From the NCBI GenBank assembly GCA_963802945.1, contig CAWDKY010000026.1, forward strand, positions 1-61,100: 61,100 nucleotides of DNA, given 5' to 3'. Positions 19,507 to 30,499 of this stretch are shown here, piece after piece (position 1 is the first letter of the stretch; each line of letters starts with the position of its first letter). The stretch is from an uncultured delta proteobacterium (lineage in GTDB: Bacteria > Desulfobacterota > RBG-13-43-22). The notes below the pieces were generated by a model. The model saw nothing but the letters and a program-made list of their open reading frames with translations. It had not been told where the DNA came from and searched no databases. The translations under genes were made by a program, and so were the position numbers.

Positions 19507-20250
19507 TTAAGGAAGGATTACCTTTTCTGTCTCCACTTTCCCTCGAACAGGGTTATTGATACGGCTGTAATATGGCCCTTTGGAGAGGTAGAGCGCAGCC
19601 AACGGGTTATGCCCCAACACACGATCTTTAACAGCGAGTACCGTGCACGGGACTTTGCAATATTTTAAGAACAGGGTATCATGCCCCACACACAGACCGA
19701 GGAGCACGGCCAGGTCCACGTCCTCATTATTTATAATCTCAGCCTGGGCGATCGGGTTGCACATTGGTTCCATGAGTTCTGGGCCCATGATCTTCTCATG
19801 GCCCTCAATTCCGATGAACTCCTTAGGAATGCGGCCTACCTTGCAGTTTACGGATACCACCTCGAAGTCATTGTTTTCGAAGATGGTGGTGACCATGCGG
19901 GCTTCTTCCCTCAATCCCACGCAAAATGCGAGCCCGATCCTCGAATATCCGCACTTGTGCACAAACTGAATGGTCTCTTCAAGCCTAGGTATTTTTGTCC
20001 TGAGGCCCTCCGGTGTGAGTTCGTAACACTGCGCCTCCTGGATGGAAGCGAGCCTCGAGAATTCCCGTATCTCCCGATGCTCATACTGTCCGGCACTCTT
20101 TTCCATGACCTCCGGGAAACGCTTCATGGGACAAAATATCGGTGCTTTATCAAGGGGCGGTAAAGGGTCGTTGACAGGTAGAATCGGATAGCAGGAATTA
20201 CCGTTACATTTTGCACAGGTACTTTTTTTGTTTCCTGGGTCTCTACTCAT
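19507..20250 (-). CDS. DUF1847-like metal-binding protein
   Basis: RIGLAFCVGL, MCNPIAQA, GLCVGHD, VKDRVLGHNP. Confidence 0.85.
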   Translation of the reverse strand: MSRDPGNKKSTCAKCNGNSCYPILPVNDPLPPLDKAPIFCPMKRFPEVMEKSAGQYEHREIREFSRLASIQEAQCYELTPEGLRTKIPRLEETIQFVHKCGYSRIGLAFCVGLREEARMVTTIFENNDFEVVSVNCKVGRIPKEFIGIEGHEKIMGPELMEPMCNPIAQAEIINNEDVDLAVLLGLCVGHDTLFLKYCKVPCTVLAVKDRVLGHNPLAALYLSKGPYYSRINNPVRGKVETEKVILP

Positions 20251-20396
20251 TGATCCACTTCTTCTTTCATAGAATAATTATGGTTTCCCGGATGATCCTT
20301 TTCGGGAATCCTAAAAAATCCCTTCATCATATGGAATACTGGTGCTCATTAAATTTCACAGATAATGTTTCGCACGTATAACGTTTCTCCCATAAA

Positions 20397-20660
20397 TCAC
20401 AGCCGCCTTATTTTTCCATCCTCGATCAGATACCTTTCCTGTAATATATCAGGATGTTTGCTGTTTTTTGTAAAACACTTGCAGCAGTATCGGCCCTGCC
20501 TATCTCCATCGATATGGCGAGTATTGCTGGTGCGTGAAAAGCTGTTACATCCGAAGCCGCCTAGTTCAGAAGGTATGATGAGCTTCTGGAGACCGATATC
20601 AAGACAAAGTTTCTTTCTCTTTTTTAAGAATAATGTTCCATATTTTTCTCGGTACACCAT
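20397..20660 (-). CDS. Small hypothetical protein, possibly a fragment
   Basis: GAGG RBS; CxxC-like residues; no family recognised. Confidence 0.3.
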   Translation of the reverse strand: MVYREKYGTLFLKKRKKLCLDIGLQKLIIPSELGGFGCNSFSRTSNTRHIDGDRQGRYCCKCFTKNSKHPDILQERYLIEDGKIRRL

Positions 20661-20986
20661 GCGTTTGGATATGACCTCTCTGTTGGCTCATTGCCTCACA
20701 AGTGCAGCAACATCTCTGGATTCTTTATCCATCAAATCAGTTGGTAAATAACCCCGTACTCCGGCACGGGGTATTCAGGGGGTTTTGAAATAAAAAGAAG
20801 AAGTCATCGACATTCCTGTTCATAGAGCTTCCTTGTATTTGCTATGCAATATGAAGCTGCAGAAATTTTTATTATAGAAATTAAAACGAACGTTCGATAT
20901 AAATAAAACAAAATAATTGCCTTGTCAAGAAAAAATTAATAGTGTTAAATTTCAACAAGAGATCTCGAAGAAGAAGGAACAACATC

Positions 20987-21574
20987 ATGCCAAAAATCGT
21001 TGACCGCGATCAATTCCGGGGAAAACTGCTGGAGGGCTCTTTCAAGCTCTTCAGTCAAAAAGGGTATGCCAATGTTACGATTCGTTCGATAGCTCAGGAA
21101 ATCGGCGTCTCTACAGGGAGTTTGTATCATTATTTTAAGAACAAAGAAGCTATACTCGAGCAGATGTTTGCCTATATCCAACAACGGACCTTCGGGGAAT
21201 ACCGAAGAAGGATCGATGGAATAGACGACCTGGATAAACGCCTCAGGATAATCACTGATTACTGGAAAATCCATATGAGTGAATATCAAGACCTCATGCT
21301 CCTAGCCATTGATTATTATAGACATCATGGCCGTTCCAAAAGGGCGAAGAAGATCTTCAACGATTTTGCAACATATTATATTCATGTCTTCTCCGAGACC
21401 TTCCAGATCACACCTGCGAGTGCTGAAACACTCTGCACCTATTTTGTCGGCATAGTGTGGACTTCTCTATTGGCTCCGGAAATATTCAGTCTGAATGACC
21501 ATATCAACTTCCTCGCCGGGTACATTATAGAGGCTATGAAATCTGCAGATCGCAGACCTGGACTCCGTAGGTAA
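20987..21574 (+). CDS. TetR/AcrR family regulator
   Basis: MPKIVD...LFSQKGYANVTIRSIAQEIGVSTGSLYHYF; palindrome CGAACGTTCG at 20887-96 upstream. Confidence 0.92.
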   Translation: MPKIVDRDQFRGKLLEGSFKLFSQKGYANVTIRSIAQEIGVSTGSLYHYFKNKEAILEQMFAYIQQRTFGEYRRRIDGIDDLDKRLRIITDYWKIHMSEYQDLMLLAIDYYRHHGRSKRAKKIFNDFATYYIHVFSETFQITPASAETLCTYFVGIVWTSLLAPEIFSLNDHINFLAGYIIEAMKSADRRPGLRR

Positions 21575-21676
21575 GCAAAGACGCTTTTGATGGCAGAGCC
21601 AAAGCCGTTCCAAAGGAGTTTAATCGGGATTGATTCCTTGAATCCTTCAATGACAAATATTTTTGTGACTATCTGG

Positions 21677-23134
21677 TTACCAGGAGCTTTCCGACGCAGC
21701 CCCTTGACCGGCAATGCGGCCGAAGGCCAGGGCCTCAGGAAGATTGCTCCCGCTTTGGTAAAGGTGGCCGAAAAAGGACCCCAGCTCTCCGGCTTTATAA
21801 AGCCTGGGGATGGGCCTGCTTTCCATCTCCAGGACCTGGGCCCGGCTGTTGTGTTTCGGCCCGCCCTGGGTGTTGATGATGCTCAAACACAACTCCACCC
21901 CGTAAAAAGGAGGTCCTTCGATAGGGGCCATATATTTTGATGAACGTCCAAAGGCGTTCGTCCTTCCTTCCCTGGAATCCAGGTTGTTTTGATTGATTGT
22001 ATTCTCCAATCCCAGCGGATCGATGCCCAATTTCGCAGCTAATTCTTTTATCGACTCACTCTTAACGATCCACCCCTTTTCAATCTCGGCCCTATTATTC
22101 CGGCTCCATTCATCCAGTCCCTGCCAGGAGGCGTAGCCTACCTTTGAATTCTTCAGCCCATAGAGGGGCCCGCCTTTTATAAAATTCTCATCGAAGATAC
22201 CGTAAAAAGGAAGATTGGGATATTCGGCTCGTTCATGATCAAAATAAGTGAAGGCCAGCGGTCCTTTTCGGTGCGTGATAGACATCGATTCGTTGATAAA
22301 ATTTTTCCCATACCGATTTACAAAAACAAAGCTTCCCTTGTGCCGCCTGAAAGCCAGGGCCACCCCGATCTTCTCCGTGGGTCCTTTTAAAGCCGCCCCC
22401 TGCCATTCCGTAGTGGCAAAGTGCCACTGGTCGGCCCCAAGCTCATTAGCTATCTTTATCCCGTCGCCGGTATTATGGGGTGTGCCGAAGGGATACAGTT
22501 TAAGACCTGGAAAATTGAAATGCCCTTGCATTTCAAAGTTATTTTCATAACCCCCCGTGGCCAGGACAACTGATTTTCGGGCCATCAAAAAAGTGGACTT
22601 CCCTTTCTGTTCAGCCATAACCCCGCGGATGGTATCGGTCTTTGGATCTTTTAGGATCTTTTTCGCCGCAGTCTCATAAAGGATTTTGATCTTTCGCTGC
22701 CTTACGTTAGCAGCCAGCCGTTCAAATAAACCTTCCCCCAAACCTGCCGACCAGTGGTCGATACATTGCGCTCCTGGCAGTGTGGGAAAGGTTGGGGTGT
22801 TTCTGGTGCGGAGCTTTAATTCAATGCCCCAGTCCTTCAGTCTTTCGGGAAGGGAAACCATGGCTTGGGCCAAGGTGCGGATAAGATCTTCGTCCGACAC
22901 GGTGCCGAAAGACAAGGCTTTGTAATAATCCACGGCTTCGCTCACATTATTGGGAAGAAACAAGTTGCCCACGCTGCAGGCCGTGTTACCTCCTCCGAAA
23001 GGGGCTTTTTCGATGATGACGACTTCAGCACCGCTATCCCGGGCGGCGATAGCCGCACAGGCTCCGGCACCTCCATAGCCCAAAACGACCACATCCGTCT
23101 GAATATCCCATTCCATGTTTTTCTTCATGGTCAC
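21677..23134 (-). CDS. FAD-binding oxidoreductase (fumarate reductase/3-ketosteroid dehydrogenase-like)
   Basis: VVVLGYGGAG, VVLATGGYENN, NTGDG, TQGG, IPRLYKAGE. Confidence 0.88.
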   Translation of the reverse strand: MTMKKNMEWDIQTDVVVLGYGGAGACAAIAARDSGAEVVIIEKAPFGGGNTACSVGNLFLPNNVSEAVDYYKALSFGTVSDEDLIRTLAQAMVSLPERLKDWGIELKLRTRNTPTFPTLPGAQCIDHWSAGLGEGLFERLAANVRQRKIKILYETAAKKILKDPKTDTIRGVMAEQKGKSTFLMARKSVVLATGGYENNFEMQGHFNFPGLKLYPFGTPHNTGDGIKIANELGADQWHFATTEWQGAALKGPTEKIGVALAFRRHKGSFVFVNRYGKNFINESMSITHRKGPLAFTYFDHERAEYPNLPFYGIFDENFIKGGPLYGLKNSKVGYASWQGLDEWSRNNRAEIEKGWIVKSESIKELAAKLGIDPLGLENTINQNNLDSREGRTNAFGRSSKYMAPIEGPPFYGVELCLSIINTQGGPKHNSRAQVLEMESRPIPRLYKAGELGSFFGHLYQSGSNLPEALAFGRIAGQGAASESSW

Positions 23135-23781
23135 CTTTTTTTCATTTCCTTATCCCAACCGGTTTTCTCCCAATATTTCTTATTCATTATTGGAATTAAA
23201 GATTCCGGAGTTAAATGATTTCCCAACCCCGAATTAAATAAATTATCAATATTCTCGATTAGTTCTATTGGACCGAGGATCTTATCTGTATGAATGATAT
23301 GGTCGGTCTGGCCATCCCAAGTAATATTCCATTCAACATTTAGCGGTCGATAAAGAACATCAAATGATATCGAATCAAGACTGGGATCAGCAAAAACCCA
23401 ACGATCATCAATTAAAATCTGAACGAAGCAGTGATAAAAAGGATTGTTTAAAAATTGAACATCATCTCCTATCAAAGGTTGTAAAAATTCTCTTTTCAAA
23501 GGAATTTTAACTAATCTACTGAGTATGAATGAATTCCTGAGCAAAGCGATCAGTAAAAGGGCTTTATTCCAACAGGCCCCATACCCCTTTTTTGCCGTCT
23601 CCGATGCCTTGACCTTCACTCCATCAGAGCAAAGCGGATAGTTATCCCGAACGAATTCAAAAAGTGTAATTACGTTGGAATGTGTTGGCCCCAATATTTT
23701 TTTTGACAGATTTTGTAAAATAGGGTTATGAAAATCTCAATAATAGGTTTCTTGTAGATATAGCTCTTCACCATTTTTCAT
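23131..23781 (-). CDS. Transglutaminase-like protein with in-frame TGA at codon 15
   Basis: GGAGG RBS, ATG 23781, MKNGEELYLQETYY*DFHNP, in frame with GACWNKA..YHC..WVFADP (Cys-His-Asp triad). Confidence 0.75.
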
Positions 23782-23829
23782 AGCCGACCTCCGTTTATTA
23801 TTTATTTCTCAAAGAAAAACCAAAATGTT

Positions 23830-24621
23830 TCAGCGGCCCATGAAAACAGGCTCCCTTTTTTCCAGAAAGGCGGTAAAGCCTTCTTTGACATCCTGGCTCT
23901 TCCTCACCACTCCCAATACATAGGCCTCATAATCGATGGCCTGGGCCAAATCCCATTTTAAAAAATTTTGCAGACCCCGTTTGGCGAAGGAAATCGGGAT
24001 CGGTGCATTCCTGGCGATCCGGCAGGCCAGCTCCCACCCGGCCTCCCCTAATTGCTCATGGGCCACAACTCGGTTAACCAACCCGATGCGCAATGCTTCT
24101 TCGGCCTCGATCACCTCTCCGCTGAAGATCAGCTCCGCGGCCTTCGCATAGCCCACCAAACGGGGAAGAAAGTAGATGCCCCCCCAATCGGGATGGAGTC
24201 CCCGGCGGGTAAAGACCTGCCCGAAACGGGCCTTCTCGCTGGCGATACGCATATCGCAGGCCAAGGCCAGGTTGCATCCCCCTCCGGCAGCCACCCCGTT
24301 GACCACTGCGATAACCGGCTTTTCCATAGTGTTGATGGCCAAAACCGCTTGTCCCATGGCCGGGCGCAAAGCGGAAACCTCTTTGGACAGGGCCTGCACT
24401 GAGCCGTCGACAAATTCATTGACATCACCACCGACACAAAAAGCCTTTCCCGCGCCGGTGATGAGAACCACCCGGACCTGAGAATCGGCAGCCGTGTCAT
24501 TTAAGACTTCCACTAATTCCTGACGCATCCTACCGCCGAAGGCGTTGAGTTTCTCCGGACGGTTCAAAGTGACGAGGGCTACCTGTTCTTTCTTTTCCAA
24601 GAGTATGTGTTCCAAGTTCAT
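23830..24621 (-). CDS. Enoyl-CoA hydratase/isomerase
   Basis: LNRPEKLNA, FCVGGD, GVAAGGG, PDWGG. Confidence 0.92.
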   Translation of the reverse strand: MNLEHILLEKKEQVALVTLNRPEKLNAFGGRMRQELVEVLNDTAADSQVRVVLITGAGKAFCVGGDVNEFVDGSVQALSKEVSALRPAMGQAVLAINTMEKPVIAVVNGVAAGGGCNLALACDMRIASEKARFGQVFTRRGLHPDWGGIYFLPRLVGYAKAAELIFSGEVIEAEEALRIGLVNRVVAHEQLGEAGWELACRIARNAPIPISFAKRGLQNFLKWDLAQAIDYEAYVLGVVRKSQDVKEGFTAFLEKREPVFMGR

Positions 24622-25553
24622 TAGAAGTTCTCCTTAAAAAAATGAGTTAGTGCCGAAGATCCCCTTTCGGCCTGATCCATCAGCTCGGTGATGATGGCTT
24701 TTATCGGCTTAAGGCTGTTGATGAGTCCCGCACTCTGACCGGCGGGCATGAGAGTATTCCCCCGTTCGCCCTGCTCATTGGCGTAATCAAAAACCTTGAG
24801 ATGGGCTTTCGATTCCCTTCCCTGTTTACTCAGGGCCTCTGCTGCCTGGTTTTTTAAGACCCTTAAGGGCATGGCTTCTCCGCCGACCAGAAGGGTCCCA
24901 GTGTCGCTGGCTTCAATTAGGGCTTCTTTGTAAAATAAGGGGACCGAACATTCCGGGGTGGCTAAGAAACGGGTCCCTATCTCTACCCCCTCGGCCCCCA
25001 AGGCTAGGGCCGCTAAAAAGCCTCGAAAGTCGCTGATGCCCCCGGCGGCGATGACCGGAATATCCAGGGCGTCGCATAATTGGGGGACCAGACACAAGGT
25101 GGTCAATTGGCTCCGGCCGCCGTGGCCGCCAGCCTCAAAACCCATGGCAATGACTACGTCTACGCCGGCCGCCTGGGCCTTCAACCCCATGGCCGTGGTG
25201 GAAACCTTGTGCAGGACCGTGATCCCGGCCGCCTTGGTCCGATCCATAATTTTGATCGGGTTTCCGCCTGAAGTTGTAATAACCCGAATCCCCGTTTCAA
25301 GAACGATCTCCAGGGCCTCGGCCGCGTTGGGGGTATGCAAAGGAATGTTGATGCCGAATGGTTTGTCGGTCATGGCCCTGGCCTTCTGAATTTCTTCCCG
25401 GAGCTTGGCCGCCGGCAGGGTTGAAGACGCGATCTGACCGAAACCGCCGCTTTCGGATACTACTGCAGCCAGGTGACCAAGGGTGATTTGTCGCATGGGT
25501 CCCTGGATTAAGGGAAATTTAATTCCTAACAATTTGATGAGTCTGTTTTCCAT
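24621..25553 (-). CDS. Nitronate monooxygenase/FabK-like flavoenzyme
   Basis: PLIQGPM, GFEAGGH, IAAGGI, IGTRF, AGQSAG. Confidence 0.88.
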   Translation of the reverse strand: MENRLIKLLGIKFPLIQGPMRQITLGHLAAVVSESGGFGQIASSTLPAAKLREEIQKARAMTDKPFGINIPLHTPNAAEALEIVLETGIRVITTSGGNPIKIMDRTKAAGITVLHKVSTTAMGLKAQAAGVDVVIAMGFEAGGHGGRSQLTTLCLVPQLCDALDIPVIAAGGISDFRGFLAALALGAEGVEIGTRFLATPECSVPLFYKEALIEASDTGTLLVGGEAMPLRVLKNQAAEALSKQGRESKAHLKVFDYANEQGERGNTLMPAGQSAGLINSLKPIKAIITELMDQAERGSSALTHFFKENF

Positions 25554-25718
25554 GAGTGTACATCCTCTCCTTGGCTGCCCGTTCCATCCCCGCCAGCTAA
25601 TCCAAGAACGAGAGCTTGGTCTCACAAATGGGTTACTCTGGCCAATCTACAAAACTCCTGCCCGTTACAAATTCCGCAAGTCTTCTGAGTGCCTCCAGGG
25701 CAGCTTCCTTCCTTATTA

Positions 25719-27038
25719 TTACTCCGTCGTTTCCATACCTTGGCCCGCCTCTTTTCTGGTTTGTTCATCAAGCGAGGAGAATTTTTTTTGAATTTCTTCC
25801 AGATCCTTCTCGCTCTGTTCGCCAATGGCTCCCTCCGAAAAGAGCTGGTTGATAACCTCTCTGTTGTAATGAAGCACCTCGGCCATAATTTCTCGTGTGT
25901 GCTGCCCGGCAAGCGGTACGGGATCAAACGTCTCTGCAGTCTCGGATATTTTGATGGGATTCCCAACCGATTTGTACGATCCCCTAACGGGATGATTGAC
26001 CTCCACGACCATATTTCTCGCCAGGACCTGGGGATCAGAAAGGGTACGGTCAATGGTATTGATCGGCGCCCAGGGTACTTCGAATCGGTTGAAAAGCTCC
26101 CCCCATTCTTTGATTGTCTTCGTCAGAAAAATATTCTCCAGCGTCTCATTAACCATATCCTTATTGGCGTAACGCATTATTCCATTGGAAAACATCGGAT
26201 TTGTCATTAGATCTTCACGCCCCATGGCCTGGCAGGCGGCTTTCCAGTGCTTATCGTTGAAACAGGCGATTGTGAAATAGTAATCCTTGGCACGGTAGGC
26301 CCTGTAAGGGATGAGCGTCTCATGGCCGCTCCCCTGTGGACCGGACACAAGACCGCCTACCAGAAAATACTCAGATATATAGGTCAAGAGTGATACCTGG
26401 CAATCCAGAAGGGCCACATCCAGCATAGTACCGCTCCCAGTTTTTTCCCGCTTCCATAACGCCGACAAGATAGCTATGGCAGAAAAAAGAGAGCCTGCCA
26501 AATCGCCCATGGCCAGGCCCATTCGTACGGGGGCCCAACCTGGCTCTCCCGTTAAGCTCATGCTCCCGCCCCTAGCCTGTATCGTGATATCGTAGGCCGG
26601 CATATTGGAATCGGGTCCCGTTTTCCCATAACCGCTCAGCGAGCAGCATATAATATCATCTTTGACATTCTTCAGAGTTTTATAATCGGCCCCCATCTTG
26701 GCCAGGGCGGAAGGCCGCGAGTTATCGAAGACCACATCCGAAATCCGAACAAGGTCGTAAAAAACCCTCAGTCCTTTTTCGCTGGCAAGATCTATTCCCA
26801 TGCTTTTTTTATTTCGGTTTATGGCCAGAAAATAGGCTCCTATTCCGCCCACATGATACTTGGCGGGAATTCTCGAAAAATCACCTGCAAAGGCCCCACC
26901 TTTGGGATTTTCGATCTTGATGACCTCTGCGCCAAGGTCAGCCAGTATCATGGTACAATATGGTCCTGCCAACACTGTGGAAAGGTCCACAATCCTAATC
27001 CCCTTCAGGGGTAGCTGATTGAGTGGCATTTTATTCAC
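25719..27038 (-). CDS. CaiB/BaiF (family III) CoA-transferase
   Basis: PLKGIRIVDLS..AGPYC..LADLGAEVIKIE, NRNKKS, AYD. Confidence 0.93.
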   Translation of the reverse strand: MNKMPLNQLPLKGIRIVDLSTVLAGPYCTMILADLGAEVIKIENPKGGAFAGDFSRIPAKYHVGGIGAYFLAINRNKKSMGIDLASEKGLRVFYDLVRISDVVFDNSRPSALAKMGADYKTLKNVKDDIICCSLSGYGKTGPDSNMPAYDITIQARGGSMSLTGEPGWAPVRMGLAMGDLAGSLFSAIAILSALWKREKTGSGTMLDVALLDCQVSLLTYISEYFLVGGLVSGPQGSGHETLIPYRAYRAKDYYFTIACFNDKHWKAACQAMGREDLMTNPMFSNGIMRYANKDMVNETLENIFLTKTIKEWGELFNRFEVPWAPINTIDRTLSDPQVLARNMVVEVNHPVRGSYKSVGNPIKISETAETFDPVPLAGQHTREIMAEVLHYNREVINQLFSEGAIGEQSEKDLEEIQKKFSSLDEQTRKEAGQGMETTE

Positions 27039-27096
27039 CTCTTTTTTCGCTTTGATTTATTCATTTCCGGGGGTAGTGATAAGCCCCTTTTAAACA

Positions 27097-27501
27097 TTAA
27101 CCCACAGGGATGTTTTTTTGGATAAAATTGACGATTTCTTCGAAAGAAGCCTTTTGTGTAAAGACCTCTGCGACACCTATTTTCTTCAATACGGGAATGT
27201 CCTCATCGGGTATCACTCCGCCCATTACCAAGAGCACGTCCTCCATATGGGACTCTTTCATTTTTGTAATAATCTTTTCGGCAAACTGTTTGTGCGACCC
27301 GGATAAGATGCTCACACCTATGATGTCGACATCCTCCTGGATGGCCGTATTGATAATCTGCCCCACCGTGTTGCGCAGTCCGGTATAAATGACCTCCATC
27401 CCCGCATTCTTCAGTCTGGAGACCACGAGTAAGGCTCCCTTATCATGTCCATCCAGGCCAGCTTTGGCTACCAGAATTCTGATTTTTTTCTCCTCGTTCA
27501 T
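27097..27501 (-). CDS. Cobalamin-binding small subunit of acyl-CoA mutase
   Basis: AKAGLDGHDKG (DxHxxG), SILSGSH, GGVIP. Confidence 0.93.
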   Translation of the reverse strand: MNEEKKIRILVAKAGLDGHDKGALLVVSRLKNAGMEVIYTGLRNTVGQIINTAIQEDVDIIGVSILSGSHKQFAEKIITKMKESHMEDVLLVMGGVIPDEDIPVLKKIGVAEVFTQKASFEEIVNFIQKNIPVG

Positions 27502-27600
27502 TTTGTGTCTCCCATTTAAAGGAATATGCCATAAAATTACTGGATGCCTCGTCCAGTCGTTTCAGGAAAATCGTTACCCGGATGTCGGTATTATGAAATT

Positions 27601-29323
27601 TTATTTTGCCTCGCCAAATACGTTCCTTAAAACCCGACAAATTTCACCCATAGTCGTATATTCTTTCACAGCTTCAACGAATAGGGGTATGAGATTAATC
27701 CGGTCGTCCTCTGCCTCATTTTCGATTTTTTCCAGACAGGCCTGTACCTTCCGGTTATTCCTATTCTTTTTTATCATCTGAAGATTTGCAATTTGCCGCT
27801 CCTCGGCGTTCTCTCGCCGATGGGCCTTATAGAGAGATGTCCGCGGCACCGATACTTCTATCTCGTCGGGCTCGGTATACTTGTTAACTCCCACCCGAAT
27901 TACTTTGCCGGTTTCCACATCGCGCTCGATAGGCGTCCGCTGAGGCGACGATCTCCCTCTTCATCCAGCCGCTTCCAATGGCCTCGATTGCCCCACCTCT
28001 CTCGTCGATCTTCCGGATCAGTTCGAATATCTCCGCTTCGTAGCGGTCAGTGAGGTTTTCTATGTAGTATGAACCTCCCAAGGCATCATACACATCGCCA
28101 AGTTCACACTCCTCAACGATGATCCTGGCCGCGTCCGCGCCGAGTTGGATTGCCTCGATGCTGTGCCCCAACCCTAGAGGCTCGTCGAAGGGAGGCTCCA
28201 TTCCCGGTGGTTCGCCAATCATCGCCGAAAAGACGGCCCCAACGGCAATACGGATCAGATTGTTAAGTGGCCTCTGCTTGGTGCAGGGCCAGTAGCCGGC
28301 AAGCCCGCCGCCTAAATCGCGGTATATCCAATTGGCAGGCTTTTTTGAATGGAATCGGTCTCGCATAATCTTGGCCCATACCCGGCGGGCAGCTCGACGG
28401 CAAGCAGCCTCTTTCAGCACCTCCATACCACCGCCGAAGTTGAGAAAGGTCACCTGTTTAGCAAATAGATCGACGTCGAGCCCTGCCTCAATGGCCGTCT
28501 GAAAATAGGAGATGGCATTGGCAAAGGTAAAGGCTACTGCCTGCACTCTGGTTGCGCCGGCCTCCCGCATGTGAAAGCCACATATGCTTATGGTATTCAT
28601 CTTAGGTATGTGCTCGGCACAATAGGTGAAGGTATCGCGTGTCATCCTCATTGAAGGCCTAGCGGGGAAGAGATGCGTACCTCTGGCCACATATTCCTTC
28701 AAGATATCGTTCTGAGGAGTCCCCCGCAATTTTTCCGGCGGAATCCCTCTCTTTTCGGCCAAGGCAATATACATAGCCAGCAGGATATTGGTTGTGCCGT
28801 TGATTGTCCAGTTGGAGGCTATCTTGTCAAGGTCGCGGTCTCCGGTCCAGGCCTCGTAGATGATCTCGAAGTCTCTGAGAGTATCTACGGCCACCCCGAC
28901 GCGGCCTACTTCGCCATTGGCCAATTCATCATCGGAATCATACCCGATCTGTGTGGGCAAATCGAATGCGATATTCGGCCCGCCACCTCTCCTGTTACTT
29001 TTATCCATATAAAAATCGCGCATATCCTCCGCTGTGCCGTAGCCCGAATAACCGAAAGCTGTTTTGATCATCTTGCCGGCACCAAGTTGTTTCCCTCTAC
29101 CCCACAGGGCACTATAGAGGGGGATGGCATACCTTCCTGAGGTAAATGGAAACTCGCCTGGAAACCCCACTTGCCTTAGATAATCGTGGTCCTTCAGGTC
29201 GGCAGGCGTGTACAGCTCAAGGGGGCTTTCCGGTAATCCCAGCCGCTTCAGGGATTCCTTAAGAGTGCTCTCCTCCCATTTTGCCCTTGCCGCTTCTATT
29301 CTGTTCTTTTCTTCCGATGTCAT
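27601..29323 (-). CDS. Divergent acyl-CoA mutase large subunit (MCM family), frameshift near 27925
   Basis: GFPGEFPFT, AFDLPTQIGYDSD, GEVGRVGVAVD, QNDILKEY, LGGSYYIE; C-terminal VGVNKY..TMGEIC in a second frame. Confidence 0.88.
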
Positions 29324-29398
29324 ACGCTGTACTCCTCTTTGTAATATCTCCACCAATTTTACTATCTCCCTCAGATCGCAGTGCTGTTCGTTATTTCT

Positions 29399-30169
29399 CT
29401 AATAATGGATTTTTTTGCTTGAGACCTTCCTGGCTGATGAATTGATTTTTGCGAGTTCTGACATATACTTATATGCGTCTCCCGGAAAGCTAGTGATTGC
29501 CAATTCCAGCGCGCGACCAGATGATGAAAAATAGATTCGCTCCATAACCAGGAGAGGATGCCCTTCTTTGACTTTGATCATTGAGGCAATTTTTTTATCG
29601 GCTACCGAAGCGGAAATGGATTGTTCGGCACGCCTTACCCCTTCTAAGGCTTCTCTTTCCACTCTATCGATTAACAATGAACCGTCAAAATTTGTTAGCC
29701 GAATGTTTTTTCCTAATTCTTCCGGAACATAGGCCTGAAAAAAAGCACAATGTTCGGCATACAGATGACGGATTCCCTCAAATAGATATAACCTTCCGTC
29801 TTTATTCAGTTTCATTGAACAGGCCATGTCGAGACTAATCGCCGTTAATTTTTTAGAAAATAGCTTTAATATGGTCTGTGCACCTAACTGATGGAGGTCG
29901 TCAACATAGCCGTAAAGATTGAGATTTAAAATAGAGCCCCTATGTCGGGTAATGAAAGTCCCTCGACCCTGTTCTCGCCGAATAAGCTCATCATTCTCAA
30001 GAATACTCAATGCCTGTCTTACCGTAATCTTACTTACACCGAATTCCTGACAAAGCTGATCTTCAGTTGGAAAAATTTCATCCGGTTTGAATTCGCCATC
30101 AATGATTCGTTTCCTCAGCAACTTTTCCAATTCAAGATAGAGAGGAGCTGTAGTTTTATTTAACATCAT
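29399..30169 (-). CDS. GntR (HutC/UTRA) regulator
   Basis: PLY..L..I..GEF..FPTEDQLCQEFGVSKITVRQAL..GRGTF. Confidence 0.9.
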   Translation of the reverse strand: MMLNKTTAPLYLELEKLLRKRIIDGEFKPDEIFPTEDQLCQEFGVSKITVRQALSILENDELIRREQGRGTFITRHRGSILNLNLYGYVDDLHQLGAQTILKLFSKKLTAISLDMACSMKLNKDGRLYLFEGIRHLYAEHCAFFQAYVPEELGKNIRLTNFDGSLLIDRVEREALEGVRRAEQSISASVADKKIASMIKVKEGHPLLVMERIYFSSSGRALELAITSFPGDAYKYMSELAKINSSARKVSSKKIHY

Positions 30170-30499
30170 CAAACTCCTGTTCATCATAAAAAAGTAAATC
30201 TAATTTAATTAAAAATTCATTATAATATTATAATGAATTTGTCAAGAAGTATTTATGCGATTTTTCATAATATGAATTTCCTACTGGGCTTAACAGTTTA
30301 AAAATACGAAATTTATAAGTAAAAAGGTCATGCTTCTTTAATGATGAGGAAGGGGATGACTTAAGAATCCCGGAAGTGTTTGAGATGGGGGGATTGTCTA
30401 ATCGAATGAAAAGATGTTTTATGGCTTTGAATAGACTTCGAAGGCGTCTATTCATCTAACAATATAAATAGGTTCTATCTGGAAATTATGGATTTCCAG

